In this document: in pieces, positions 45,493 through 54,985 of the stretch | How the letters are laid out: every line of letters starts with the position of its first letter | How positions within the stretch are numbered: position 1 is the stretch's first letter | Assembly: GCA_016180585.1 (NCBI GenBank) | Contig: JACPAX010000008.1 | Span: 1-54,985 of the forward strand | Direction of reading: 5' to 3' | Source: Candidatus Omnitrophota bacterium | GTDB taxonomy: Bacteria > Omnitrophota > Gorgyraeia > 2-02-FULL-51-18 | DNA: 54,985 nt | Made by a program: the position numbers and the translations under genes | Notes under the pieces: model-generated | The model's input: only the letters and a program-made list of their open reading frames with translations | What the model was told of the DNA's origin: nothing | Databases searched by the model: none

Positions 45493-47745
45493 ATGGCCGA
45501 CGCGTTTCTGCTGCATCAGCAATCCCCTCAATTAAGAACTCCCCAAAAGACATATTACGCCCACAGCCGCGAAGGCAAACCCGTCAAAGAATGGCATTTG
45601 CTGAAAGACCATTTGGAAAACACGGCGCGAAAAGCCTCGGATTTTTCCAAGGATTTCAATGCCGCCGAATGGGCGTATCTAGCCGGCCTGTGGCATGACT
45701 TGGGGAAGTATTCGGAGGAGTTTCAAAATCGGCTGTCCGAAGCCAACGGCAATGATGCCCACATTGAAAAGCCGGGACGCGTTGATCATTCAACCGCAGG
45801 CGCGCAGTATGCCGCCAAGATGTTGGGGGACAAAGGGAGAATCATTGCATATACGATAGCAGGGCATCACGCGGGTCTCCCGAATGGGGAAGACAATAAA
45901 GATTCTTGTTTGTCATCTCGCCTAAAAAAGTGGATACCGGATTATTCTTGTGGAATAAGCGAACTGCCCTTGGCTCTGAATTCTCCCGGTCTTCCTTTTG
46001 CCTGTGGTGGGAGCATTTCAAATCAGCAATTTGCATTCCGACTTTCCGTGTTTATCAGGATGATTTTCTCCGCTTTGGTGGATGCTGATTTTCTTGATAC
46101 GGAAGAATTCGCGGGAGCTGAAAAGTGCTCATGGAGGAAAGGGTATCCCGGTCTACTCACCCTAAATCAACGGCTGGAAACTTACCTGGAGCGGTTTTCA
46201 GGACATTCCAATGGACATCCTGTAACGCGGATTCGCATGGAGGTGTTGGGACATTGCCGCGAGGCTTATGATTGGCCTTCGGGATTATTTTCTTTGACAG
46301 TGCCGACGGGCGGGGGTAAGACGCTCTCGTCTTTATCGTTTGCAATGAGACATGCATTAAAGTACGGAAAAAAGCGCATCATTTACGTTATTCCATACAC
46401 AAGCATTATCGAACAAAATGCTGCTGTATTTCGTGAGGCCCTTGGTGACGATGCGGTTTTGGAACATCACAGCAATTTTGAACCGGAGGAAGAGGACCAC
46501 CGGTCGCGGCTCGCTTCCGAAAATTGGGATGCCCCTATCGTGGTGACGACAAATGTGCAATTTTTTGAATCTCTTTTTGCCTGCAGAACTTCCCAATGCC
46601 GTAAGCTACACAATATCGCCAATAGTGTGGTGATACTGGATGAAGCACAAATGCTTCCGACTGAACTTTTAAAACCTTGTTTGGAAATTCTTAAAGAACT
46701 GTCAAATGTCTATAAAACCTCTATCGTATTGTGTACAGCCACTCAGCCGGCATTATCTACCACGGAAACTTTTAAGAATGGCCTCGATGGCGTTCGCGAG
46801 ATTATCCCTAATCCAGGAGAGCTGTACGATACGATGAAACGGGTGGAAATAAAAAACTTATCTACCATCACCGATGATGATCTGGTCAAAAAAGTCGTCT
46901 CTTGCGACCAAGTGCTTTGCATTGTGAATACGCGTCGGCACGCCCGGGTGGTTTTTGAAAAAATGAGAGCGCTTGTCAACGGACAAGGATGCTTCCATTT
47001 GAGCGCGCTTATGTGCCCTTTACACAGGACGCGGAAATTGGGAGAGATTAAAAAAGCCCTCAGAGAGGGAAAGTTGTGCCGTGTGATTAGTACGCAACTG
47101 GTTGAAGCGGGCGTGGACATTGATTTTCCCGTTGTATACCGTTCTATCGCGGGCGTTGACTCTATCGCCCAAGCCGCCGGACGATGCAACAGAGAGGGGC
47201 GGCTCGACAAGGGGGAAGTTTTTGTATTTATGCCGCAGGAGGGACTGCCTCGCGGACATTTCAGGCAGGCCGCGCAGACGGCCGAGTCCATCAGCCGGCG
47301 GCACCAGGATATCTTGTCATTAAAGGCCGTTGAAGAATATTTCCGCGAGTTGTATTGGATAAAAGGCGAAAAGGATCTTGATGCTTACGGGATTTTGCCT
47401 GCTTTGACCGAGGATGCGGCAAGGGGGAATTTGCCGTTTCGGGAAGTGGCCGAAAAATTCAAGATTATTAAGGACGGAATGGTGTCTGTGATTATTCCTT
47501 GGAAGGAAGAGGCGGATGTTTTAATTCAAGAGTTAAATTTCGTGAAGTATCCGGCAAAGTTTGCCCGTCAACTGCAGAAGTTTACCGTGCAGGTGTATCC
47601 GCAAGCCTTTGCCATCTTAAGACCAGCGCTTGAATGTATCCGTGATCAATATTATGTGTTGCGCAACATGGATATTTATCGGGATGATATCGGACTCTGC
47701 CCGGAAGACCCCGCATTTCATAAAATTGAAAGCTTGATCTGTTAA
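45493..47745 (+). CDS. cas3: CRISPR-associated nuclease/helicase Cas3 (HD domain plus SF2 helicase)
   Basis: HD motifs (AHS...H, LWHDLGKY, DHSTAG) and helicase motifs TVPTGGGKT and ILDEAQ. First gene of the cas operon. Confidence 0.95.
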   Translation: MADAFLLHQQSPQLRTPQKTYYAHSREGKPVKEWHLLKDHLENTARKASDFSKDFNAAEWAYLAGLWHDLGKYSEEFQNRLSEANGNDAHIEKPGRVDHSTAGAQYAAKMLGDKGRIIAYTIAGHHAGLPNGEDNKDSCLSSRLKKWIPDYSCGISELPLALNSPGLPFACGGSISNQQFAFRLSVFIRMIFSALVDADFLDTEEFAGAEKCSWRKGYPGLLTLNQRLETYLERFSGHSNGHPVTRIRMEVLGHCREAYDWPSGLFSLTVPTGGGKTLSSLSFAMRHALKYGKKRIIYVIPYTSIIEQNAAVFREALGDDAVLEHHSNFEPEEEDHRSRLASENWDAPIVVTTNVQFFESLFACRTSQCRKLHNIANSVVILDEAQMLPTELLKPCLEILKELSNVYKTSIVLCTATQPALSTTETFKNGLDGVREIIPNPGELYDTMKRVEIKNLSTITDDDLVKKVVSCDQVLCIVNTRRHARVVFEKMRALVNGQGCFHLSALMCPLHRTRKLGEIKKALREGKLCRVISTQLVEAGVDIDFPVVYRSIAGVDSIAQAAGRCNREGRLDKGEVFVFMPQEGLPRGHFRQAAQTAESISRRHQDILSLKAVEEYFRELYWIKGEKDLDAYGILPALTEDAARGNLPFREVAEKFKIIKDGMVSVIIPWKEEADVLIQELNFVKYPAKFARQLQKFTVQVYPQAFAILRPALECIRDQYYVLRNMDIYRDDIGLCPEDPAFHKIESLIC

Positions 47746-47758
47746 CACGGGGGTGTTT

Positions 47759-48412
47759 ATGTCCTATGGTGTGAAATTAAAAGTATGGGGTAATTACGCC
47801 TGTTTTACTCGTCCGGAAATGAAAGTGGAGAGGGTTAGTTATGATGTCATGACGCCTTCAGCGGCCCGGGGCATTCTGGAAGCGATTTACTGGAAGCCTG
47901 AAATTTTCTGGGTGATCGAACGAATCATTGTATTGAATCCCATTCGATTCACAAATATCCGCCGCAACGAGTTGGCAAGCAAGGTTAAGTTAGGTAATGT
48001 GAAAAAAGCAATGGGTGACGGGAAATCCCCCCTTGAAATTTTTATCGAAGAAGATCGGCAACAAAGAGCCGCAATGATTTTGCGTGATGTGGCGTACGTT
48101 ATCGAAGCCAAATTTGAATTTACCGCAAACAGCGATAATAATTCAGGCAAGCATAAAGAAATGTTTGACCGGCGCGCTGGGCAAGGGCAATGTTTCCACC
48201 GGCCTTATTTGGGCTGTCGGGAGTTTCCTGCCAATTTTGAATTAATCAATGGGGTATTGCCGGAATCCAGGTTCAAGGGCAAACAGGATTTGGGTTGGAT
48301 GCTTCATGACATTGATTTCAAAAATAATATGGAAGCCAAGTTCTTTAAAGCTGTCATGAATAATGGGGCCGTAGAAATTCCGCTCTTTCACCAAGCGGAG
48401 GTTTTGTTATGA
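47759..48412 (+). CDS. cas5: Cas5d/Cas5c, the type I-C pre-crRNA-processing Cascade subunit
   Basis: The YGVKLKVWGNYACFTRPEMKVERVSYDVMTPSAARGILEAIYWKPE signature is typical of Cas5d. The KH dipeptide (SGKHKE) is consistent with the catalytic Lys-His. Confidence 0.93.
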   Translation: MSYGVKLKVWGNYACFTRPEMKVERVSYDVMTPSAARGILEAIYWKPEIFWVIERIIVLNPIRFTNIRRNELASKVKLGNVKKAMGDGKSPLEIFIEEDRQQRAAMILRDVAYVIEAKFEFTANSDNNSGKHKEMFDRRAGQGQCFHRPYLGCREFPANFELINGVLPESRFKGKQDLGWMLHDIDFKNNMEAKFFKAVMNNGAVEIPLFHQAEVLL

Positions 48413-50103
48413 TTCTTCAGGCATTGAATCAATATTATGAAAGATTATCTAAGGATGAAAGCGCAACTATACCTTTATTTGGATTTAGTGAAGAAAAGAT
48501 ATCCTTCGTGCTTGTGGTCAGTCCGCAAGGAAAATTGCTGCAAACGCGTGATATAAGACGACAGATTAAAAACAAGCTTGTGCCGCAGTTAATGAATGTC
48601 CCCGAAGCAGTAATTCGTACTTCCGGGAAAAAATCGAATTTCATATGGGATAAGACCCAATATATTTTAGGAGCGGGTATCGAAAATAACAAAGACGAAT
48701 TACAAAAATGTTTCGGAATTTTTCAAAAGCTTCAATGTGAAATTGGGAATGAAATTGACGACGAAGGGATGATGGCGGTATTAAAGTTTTTAGATCATTG
48801 GGCGCCTAATAACGCTTATAAAATTCCAAATTGGGAGGAGGTTGCCGGTAAAAACTTAATTTTCCAATTGGACGGCCAAAGACAATATATTCATGAAAGG
48901 CCTAAAATCAGACAAGCTTGGCTGAAATTTCACAATCGGAATCGATCCTCAGTAATTGGCACATGCCTGGTTACGGGGGAGCGACGTTCAATCGCCCAGC
49001 TACATTCACCTTTGGGAGGATTTGCAGACCAGGTCCGGTTAGTGTCTTTCAATAAAGACTCTTTTATTTCTTATGGTAAGGAACAGAATGTCAATGCGCC
49101 TGTCGGCGAAGAGCCAGCTTTCAATTATGCGACTTCGCTGAATTACCTATTAAACTTTGATAGCCGTCAAAAAATTCAAATAGCAGATTCAACGGTAGTG
49201 TTTTGGGCAGAGCGACGATCACCAATGGAAGGTTTTTTAGGTAGAATTGTTGATTCTAAAGATGATAGTGGTGAAACCCCGGAAATAAAGCATTTTTTAG
49301 AAGCTGTGCGAGAGGGGAAAAAGCCGAAAAATTTGGATGGCGCGAATAAATTTTATATTCTAGGGCTTTCTCCCAATGTTTCTCGACTAGCCGTTCGGTT
49401 TTGGTTTGTAAGCACAGTTGACGATATAGCTTTGAAAATCGGCCAGCATTTTCAGGATTTATCGGTGATCAAAAGTTTTGACAGCGATAAAGAATTTCCC
49501 GGGATTTGGTGGTTATTAAAAGAAACAGTAAGGGACTCAAAGGATATTCCGCCCTTGTTGGTTGGAGCTATGATGCGCTCTATCTTGACGGGCGCGGCAT
49601 ATCCTCAAACATTATTATCGTCCGTGATCGGCCGTATTCGGGCGGATGGAAACGTGAATTATTACCGCGCGGCGATTATCAAAGCCTGTTTGGTCAGAAA
49701 ATATCGAATCATGAATCAACCGATGGAGGTGGGTATGACGCTCAATAAAGATTCAACCAGTGCGGCTTATCGTTTGGGAAGGCTTTTTGCTGTTCTGGAG
49801 AAAGCTCAGAAAGATGCCATTCCGGCCGCCAATGCCACGATTAAAGACCGTTTTTACGGTTCGGCGTCGGCAACGCCCAAGGTGGTGTTTCCACTGCTTT
49901 TGCGCTTGGCACAGCATCACATTCAAAAGTCCAATTTTCGGATTTCATTGGAAAAGGATATCCAGGAAATTGTGTCAGGGGTAAAAGAATTTCCGGCACA
50001 CTTATCCTTGGACGAGCAAGGCCTTTTCGCGCTTGGATATTATCACCAAAAAAAGGACATTTACACAAAATCTGAAAAGAAAGAGGAGGCCAGTCATGTC
50101 TAA
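48409..50103 (+). CDS. cas8c: Cas8c (Csd1), the type I-C large subunit
   Basis: [14 protein letters not shown]-terminus typical of Csd1. Positioned between cas5d and cas7. Confidence 0.9.
   Translation: MILQALNQYYERLSKDESATIPLFGFSEEKISFVLVVSPQGKLLQTRDIRRQIKNKLVPQLMNVPEAVIRTSGKKSNFIWDKTQYILGAGIENNKDELQKCFGIFQKLQCEIGNEIDDEGMMAVLKFLDHWAPNNAYKIPNWEEVAGKNLIFQLDGQRQYIHERPKIRQAWLKFHNRNRSSVIGTCLVTGERRSIAQLHSPLGGFADQVRLVSFNKDSFISYGKEQNVNAPVGEEPAFNYATSLNYLLNFDSRQKIQIADSTVVFWAERRSPMEGFLGRIVDSKDDSGETPEIKHFLEAVREGKKPKNLDGANKFYILGLSPNVSRLAVRFWFVSTVDDIALKIGQHFQDLSVIKSFDSDKEFPGIWWLLKETVRDSKDIPPLLVGAMMRSILTGAAYPQTLLSSVIGRIRADGNVNYYRAAIIKACLVRKYRIMNQPMEVGMTLNKDSTSAAYRLGRLFAVLEKAQKDAIPAANATIKDRFYGSASATPKVVFPLLLRLAQHHIQKSNFRISLEKDIQEIVSGVKEFPAHLSLDEQGLFALGYYHQKKDIYTKSEKKEEASHV
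49735..50103 (+). CDS. cas11: Predicted internally translated small subunit Cas11c (in frame, nested in the 3' end of cas8c)
   Basis: Strong SD GGAGGTG (49725-49731) lies 3 nt before the in-frame ATG at 49735. The product would be 122 aa. Confidence 0.55.
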   Translation: MTLNKDSTSAAYRLGRLFAVLEKAQKDAIPAANATIKDRFYGSASATPKVVFPLLLRLAQHHIQKSNFRISLEKDIQEIVSGVKEFPAHLSLDEQGLFALGYYHQKKDIYTKSEKKEEASHV

Positions 50104-50977
50104 ATCGATCCAGAATCGCTATGAATTTGTTTATCTGTTTGATGTTGAAAACGGCAATCCAAACGGGGACCCCGATGCCGGCAATATGCCACGCATTGAT
50201 CCGGAGACAAGCTATGGAATCGTTACCGTTGTTTGTTTAAAGCGAAAGATTCGTAATTTTGTTGAAATTGCAAAAGAGAACAAACCTCCTTTTGAAATTT
50301 ATGTTAAGGAGAAAGCGGTCTTGAACAGGCAACACGAAAGAGCATATTTGGCACATGAATTAAAATCAGTATCGAAAAAACTACCTAAAAAGGATGAAGA
50401 TGCTAAAAAGGTTATCGGATGGATGTGCAAGAATTTTTATGATGTGCGCACTTTCGGCGCAGTTATGATGACTGAAGTTAACACGGGTCAAGTTCGGGGA
50501 CCCGTCCAGTTAAATTTCGGACGCAGCATTGAACCGATTGTTCCGCTTGAAGTGAGTATTACCAGAATGGCTGTAACAAAGGAAGAGGATTTAGAAAAAG
50601 AAAGAACGATGGGGAAAAAGCATATTGTTCCTTATGCCCTCTATCGCACCGAAGGGTATATTTCGGCACATTTAGCGCAAAAAACTGGGTTTAGCGAGGA
50701 TGACTTAAGGTTATTGTGGGAAGCGTTGAACAATATGTTTGATCACGATCATTCCGCGGCTCGGGGGAAAATGAATGCCCGCCGGCTGATCGTCTTCAAG
50801 CATGAGTCAATGTTGGGCAATGCCCCTGCGTATAAATTATTTGACCGGGTGAAAGTTCAACGCGCTACTGATGTATCCAAACCGGCTCGTTCATTCCAGG
50901 ACTATAAAATTGAAGTGGACGAAAAGAAGCTATCCTCAGGCGTAAGCCTTTTGGAAGACGATCTGATAAACAGTTAA
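50096..50977 (+). CDS. cas7: Cas7c (Csd2), the type I-C backbone subunit
   Basis: The [26 protein letters not shown] signature is typical of Csd2. Its ATG overlaps the cas8c stop by 8 nt. Confidence 0.93.
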   Translation: MSKSIQNRYEFVYLFDVENGNPNGDPDAGNMPRIDPETSYGIVTVVCLKRKIRNFVEIAKENKPPFEIYVKEKAVLNRQHERAYLAHELKSVSKKLPKKDEDAKKVIGWMCKNFYDVRTFGAVMMTEVNTGQVRGPVQLNFGRSIEPIVPLEVSITRMAVTKEEDLEKERTMGKKHIVPYALYRTEGYISAHLAQKTGFSEDDLRLLWEALNNMFDHDHSAARGKMNARRLIVFKHESMLGNAPAYKLFDRVKVQRATDVSKPARSFQDYKIEVDEKKLSSGVSLLEDDLINS

Positions 50978-50992
50978 GGAAAGGAATCATGC

Positions 50993-51412
50993 ATGAAAAT
51001 CGACTACTCGGCTTTTGAAAAAGCCATAGACCAGCTGGAGAAGAGCAGGGGGTTTTTGCGTTCGGAGATGGCCGCCGGGAACAAGGATCTCTACGAGCAA
51101 TTCCGGGCGGCCTCGATCAAAGCCTTTGAATACACCTATGAGCTGGCTTTGAAAATGATCAGGCGCCAACTGGATCAGATCGCCATCAATCCTGAAGAAC
51201 TGCGGGAAATGGCATTTATGGATTTCATCCGGACGGCTCATGAGGCGGGACTCGTGCGCGAGGTGCCGGCATTCAAAGTCTATCGCGAAAAAAGAAACAT
51301 CACCGCCCATACTTACGATGCGGACAAGGCCGAGGAAATTTTGCCGGTGTTGGACCCTTTTCTTCGCGACGCGCGGTATATTCTCGGGGAACTGAAGAAG
51401 AGAAATTCATGA
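50993..51412 (+). CDS. HEPN-domain protein of the HI0074 family (nucleotidyltransferase substrate-binding protein)
   Basis: 139 aa, all-helical. Rx4H motif RNITAH near the C-terminus. Family-typical AFEYTYELALKMIRR segment. Confidence 0.85.
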   Translation: MKIDYSAFEKAIDQLEKSRGFLRSEMAAGNKDLYEQFRAASIKAFEYTYELALKMIRRQLDQIAINPEELREMAFMDFIRTAHEAGLVREVPAFKVYREKRNITAHTYDADKAEEILPVLDPFLRDARYILGELKKRNS

Positions 51413-51732
51413 GCGTCTTTGACGTTCTCCCGCGCGATCTGGACACTGTCCGGAGGATTCTCGCGCGAGGTGTTCCGGAATATGACGTGTACGCGTTCGG
51501 TTCCCGCGTGGCGGGAAAAGCAAGAAAAGCCTCGGACTTGGATTTGGCCGTGATGACCGACGAGCCTCTGCCGGCCCTGCGCGTTGCGGATCTGAGGGAG
51601 GCCTTCAGCGAATCGGACCTGCCGTTTAAGGTGGACCTCGTGGACTGGGCGGGCGCGAAGGAAGATTTCAAAAAACTCATCCGGCAGAACAGGCTTAAAA
51701 TCCAGTCTGGAAAGAAACAAGCTCAGATCTGA
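51409..51732 (+). CDS. Minimal nucleotidyltransferase (MNT) domain protein, partner of the HEPN gene
   Basis: GSRVAGKARKASDLDLAV matches the pol-beta NTase motif G[GS]x9-13DxD. 4-nt overlap with the HEPN gene, and its stop overlaps the cas4 ATG. Confidence 0.85.
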   Translation: MSVFDVLPRDLDTVRRILARGVPEYDVYAFGSRVAGKARKASDLDLAVMTDEPLPALRVADLREAFSESDLPFKVDLVDWAGAKEDFKKLIRQNRLKIQSGKKQAQI

Positions 51733-52376
51733 TGGCCGCGACTGCGTTTTCCGAAGACGAACTGCTTTATCTCTCGGCGCTTCAGCACCTGGTTTTTTGC
51801 GAACGGCAGTGCGCGCTGATTCATCTCGAAGGGCAGTGGAACGAAAATTATCTGACGGCCCTTGGGCGCGTCATGCACGAAAAGAAGGTCGACCAGCCGG
51901 CACAGGAAAGCCGGGGCGATCTAAAAATTGAATACGGGATGCCGCTCCGGTCGTTAAGACTCGGACTGTCCGGAAAAGCGGATGCGGTGGAGTTTCACAG
52001 GCAACCGGACGGCTCGTGGCTGCCGTTTCCCGTTGAGCATAAACTGGGCAAACCCAAGATCGATGATTCGGACAGGATTCAATTGTGCGCTCAGGCCATT
52101 TGTTTCGAAGAGATGCTGAGTGTTCAGGTACCTCGCGGAGCGCTTTTTTACGGACGTCCGAGAAGGCGTGAGGAGGTGGCGTTTGACGAAGCGCTTCGTC
52201 AAAAAACGCAGGAAACGGCCGGGCGCCTGCATGCCCTGATAAAGGCAGGAATAACTCCCATCGCGGTTTATGAAAAAAAATGCGACGCTTGCTCACTCGT
52301 TGATCTTTGCCTCCCGAAACTGGCGAATAGATCAAAATCCGTCCACAGTTACCTAAGGGAAATCATGGGTTCGTGA
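51732..52376 (+). CDS. cas4: Cas4 (RecB-like exonuclease with an Fe-S cluster)
   Basis: YLSALQHLVFCERQCALIH N-terminus, a PD-(D/E)xK core (DAVEF...VEHKLGK) and the C-terminal Cys cluster CDACSLVDLC. Confidence 0.92.
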   Translation: MAATAFSEDELLYLSALQHLVFCERQCALIHLEGQWNENYLTALGRVMHEKKVDQPAQESRGDLKIEYGMPLRSLRLGLSGKADAVEFHRQPDGSWLPFPVEHKLGKPKIDDSDRIQLCAQAICFEEMLSVQVPRGALFYGRPRRREEVAFDEALRQKTQETAGRLHALIKAGITPIAVYEKKCDACSLVDLCLPKLANRSKSVHSYLREIMGS

Positions 52377-52380
52377 GCTT

Positions 52381-53412
52381 ATGAAAAAGCACTTAAATAC
52401 CATTTACGTGACGACCCAGAACAGCTACCTGCACAAGGACGGGGAGACGGTGGTCGTCAAGGCGGATGACGAGATTAAACTGCGTCTGCCGATCCACACG
52501 ATCAAAGGGATCGTTTGTTTCGGCCAGGTCTCCTGCAGTCCGTATCTGATGGGTTTTTGCGCCGAAAACGACGTTTCGATAAGTTTTCTGACCGATTATG
52601 GGCGCTTTCTGGCGAAGGTGGAGGGGCCGGTTTCAGGAAACGTCTTGCTTCGCCGCAGGCAATACCGTCTGGCGGATGATCAGGCATTTTCCGCGAAAAT
52701 GGCGCAATATTTTCTTGCGGGGAAAATCGCCAATGCCCGAACCTCTTTTTTGAGGGTGATGCGGGACCATCCGGAAAAAGGCGTCGCTGGGACGCTCCAG
52801 TCGGCCGCCACGAGACTGGGGAGTTGCATGGAGAAGCTCAAGACGGTGTCCGATCTGGAAATCCTGCGCGGGATCGAGGGCGAGGCCGCCCAGACGTATT
52901 TCACCGTTTTTAATGAGCTCGTCTTCGCTCAAAAAGACGAGTTCATGTTTAAGGACCGAAACAGGCGGCCTCCGCTGGATCGCGTTAATTGTCTGCTCTC
53001 TTTTTTTTACACGCTTGTGATGCATGACACGCGGTCTGCCCTGGAATCCGTCGGGCTTGATCCCGCAGTTGGATTTTTGCATCGCGACCGCCCCGGTCGT
53101 CCCAGTCTGGCACTTGATCTGATGGAAGAGTTCAGGGTTTTTCTCGCGGACCGGATCGTCCTTTCGTTGATCAACCTCAAGCAGATTACGGGAAGCCAGT
53201 TCAAGCGGTCCGAGTCCGGAGCGTTTACCATGAATGATGAGGCCAGGAAAACAGTTCTGACGGCCTATCAAGAACGTAAGCAGGAGGAAATCGTGCATCC
53301 CTTTCTGGGAGAAAAAGTCACCGTGGGTCTGCTCTTCCATCTTCAAGCGTTGTTGTTGGCTCGCTTCTTACGGGGAGATCTTGACGCGTATCCACCGTTT
53401 GTGTGGAGGTAA
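52381..53412 (+). CDS. cas1: Cas1 integrase (type I-C)
   Basis: 343 aa. Motifs GIEGEAA..YF, R.RRPP.D..N..LSF.Y and GFLH......SLALDLMEEFR. Confidence 0.95.
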   Translation: MKKHLNTIYVTTQNSYLHKDGETVVVKADDEIKLRLPIHTIKGIVCFGQVSCSPYLMGFCAENDVSISFLTDYGRFLAKVEGPVSGNVLLRRRQYRLADDQAFSAKMAQYFLAGKIANARTSFLRVMRDHPEKGVAGTLQSAATRLGSCMEKLKTVSDLEILRGIEGEAAQTYFTVFNELVFAQKDEFMFKDRNRRPPLDRVNCLLSFFYTLVMHDTRSALESVGLDPAVGFLHRDRPGRPSLALDLMEEFRVFLADRIVLSLINLKQITGSQFKRSESGAFTMNDEARKTVLTAYQERKQEEIVHPFLGEKVTVGLLFHLQALLLARFLRGDLDAYPPFVWR

Positions 53413-53418
53413 ATCGCT

Positions 53419-53712
53419 ATGATGGTTCTGGTCAGCTATGACGTTTCGACAAAGACCCCTGTGGGACGACGGCGGCTTCGAAAAGTGGCAGAGGCATGCC
53501 TGGATTACGGGCAGAGGGCGCAGAATTCTGTTTTTGAATGTCCGGTAGACCCGGCTCAGTGGGTTCTCTTGAAAAATGAGCTATTGAATGTCTATGAACC
53601 AAAAGAAGACAGTTTGCGGTTCTATTTTTTGGGAAGCAAATGGCAAAACAAGGTAGAGCATTTCGGGGTCAAGAAAGTGCTCGACCTGGAAAAAGACTCT
53701 TTAGTTGTCTGA
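53419..53712 (+). CDS. cas2: Cas2
   Basis: 97 aa. MMVLVSYDVST......RRLRKVA..C.DYGQR.QNSVFEC signature. Confidence 0.95.
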   Translation: MMVLVSYDVSTKTPVGRRRLRKVAEACLDYGQRAQNSVFECPVDPAQWVLLKNELLNVYEPKEDSLRFYFLGSKWQNKVEHFGVKKVLDLEKDSLVV

Positions 53713-53889
53713 GCGCGAAGGTGGAGCTGGCGGGGTTCATGTAAGAGGTCCGCGATCATCTTATCTAGTTGCTTTTAAAAAAGTTATGAGATTTTATTAT
53801 CCTTATGCGATAGCTTTTACAGTCTTGGCTGGGAGGTCCTCGAATAAGAAGTTTTAACCCTTTTCATTTCCTTAGCTTAAGAAAAGGGA
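53713..53889 (+). promoter_or_regulatory. CRISPR leader (AT-rich, between cas2 and the first repeat)
   Basis: 177-nt non-coding AT-rich stretch immediately upstream of repeat 1. It has the same orientation as the cas genes. Confidence 0.75.

Positions 53890-54985
<1,096 letters not shown>

Overview
This is a high-GC bacterial chromosomal segment, roughly 60% GC by eye. Coding is almost entirely on the + strand and very compact, with many 4-nt start/stop overlaps. LptD and a GspG-type pseudopilin indicate a diderm host. I cannot assign taxonomy from sequence alone.

Gene order:
- 174-6161: a tightly overlapping housekeeping block. It holds a WecA/MraY-like GT4, a cupin, gspG, a LysM-amidase, tsaC/sua5, purC and a thioredoxin-like protein.
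- 6.2-7.5 kb: a low-GC island encoding an AAA-ATPase/DUF4143 protein with its own consensus promoter.
- miaB, a SPOR-domain gene, miaA and hflX.
- A CIRCE-controlled hrcA-grpE-dnaK-dnaJ heat-shock operon. About 1.1 kb of low-GC DNA carrying a Fic gene splits dnaK from dnaJ.
- FmdB, VanZ-like, DUF1015, GT2, accD, an orphan MalK-like ATPase, two tandem GGDEF cyclases, a ROK kinase and lptD.
- A nucleotide-sugar cluster: ugd, rfbA-like, rfbB, rfbD, three further SDR or dehydrogenase genes, UXS and a GT2.
- Two small secreted Cys/His proteins, yyaL, tal, pgi, rfbC and rnd.
- 45.5-55.0 kb: a complete type I-C CRISPR-Cas locus (cas3-cas5-cas8c-cas7-[HEPN-MNT]-cas4-cas1-cas2) followed by an array of at least 17 repeats that runs off the window.

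Most notable observations:
- A HEPN/MNT toxin-antitoxin-like pair is translationally coupled inside the I-C operon, exactly at a compositional break between the effector and adaptation modules.
- A Fic module is inserted inside the dnaK-dnaJ operon, with a convergent small ORF carrying an SxxxE inhibitory-helix-like motif.
- Almost every long intergenic spacer holds a different long, low-complexity hairpin or tandem element. One 129-nt element is present twice in the window.
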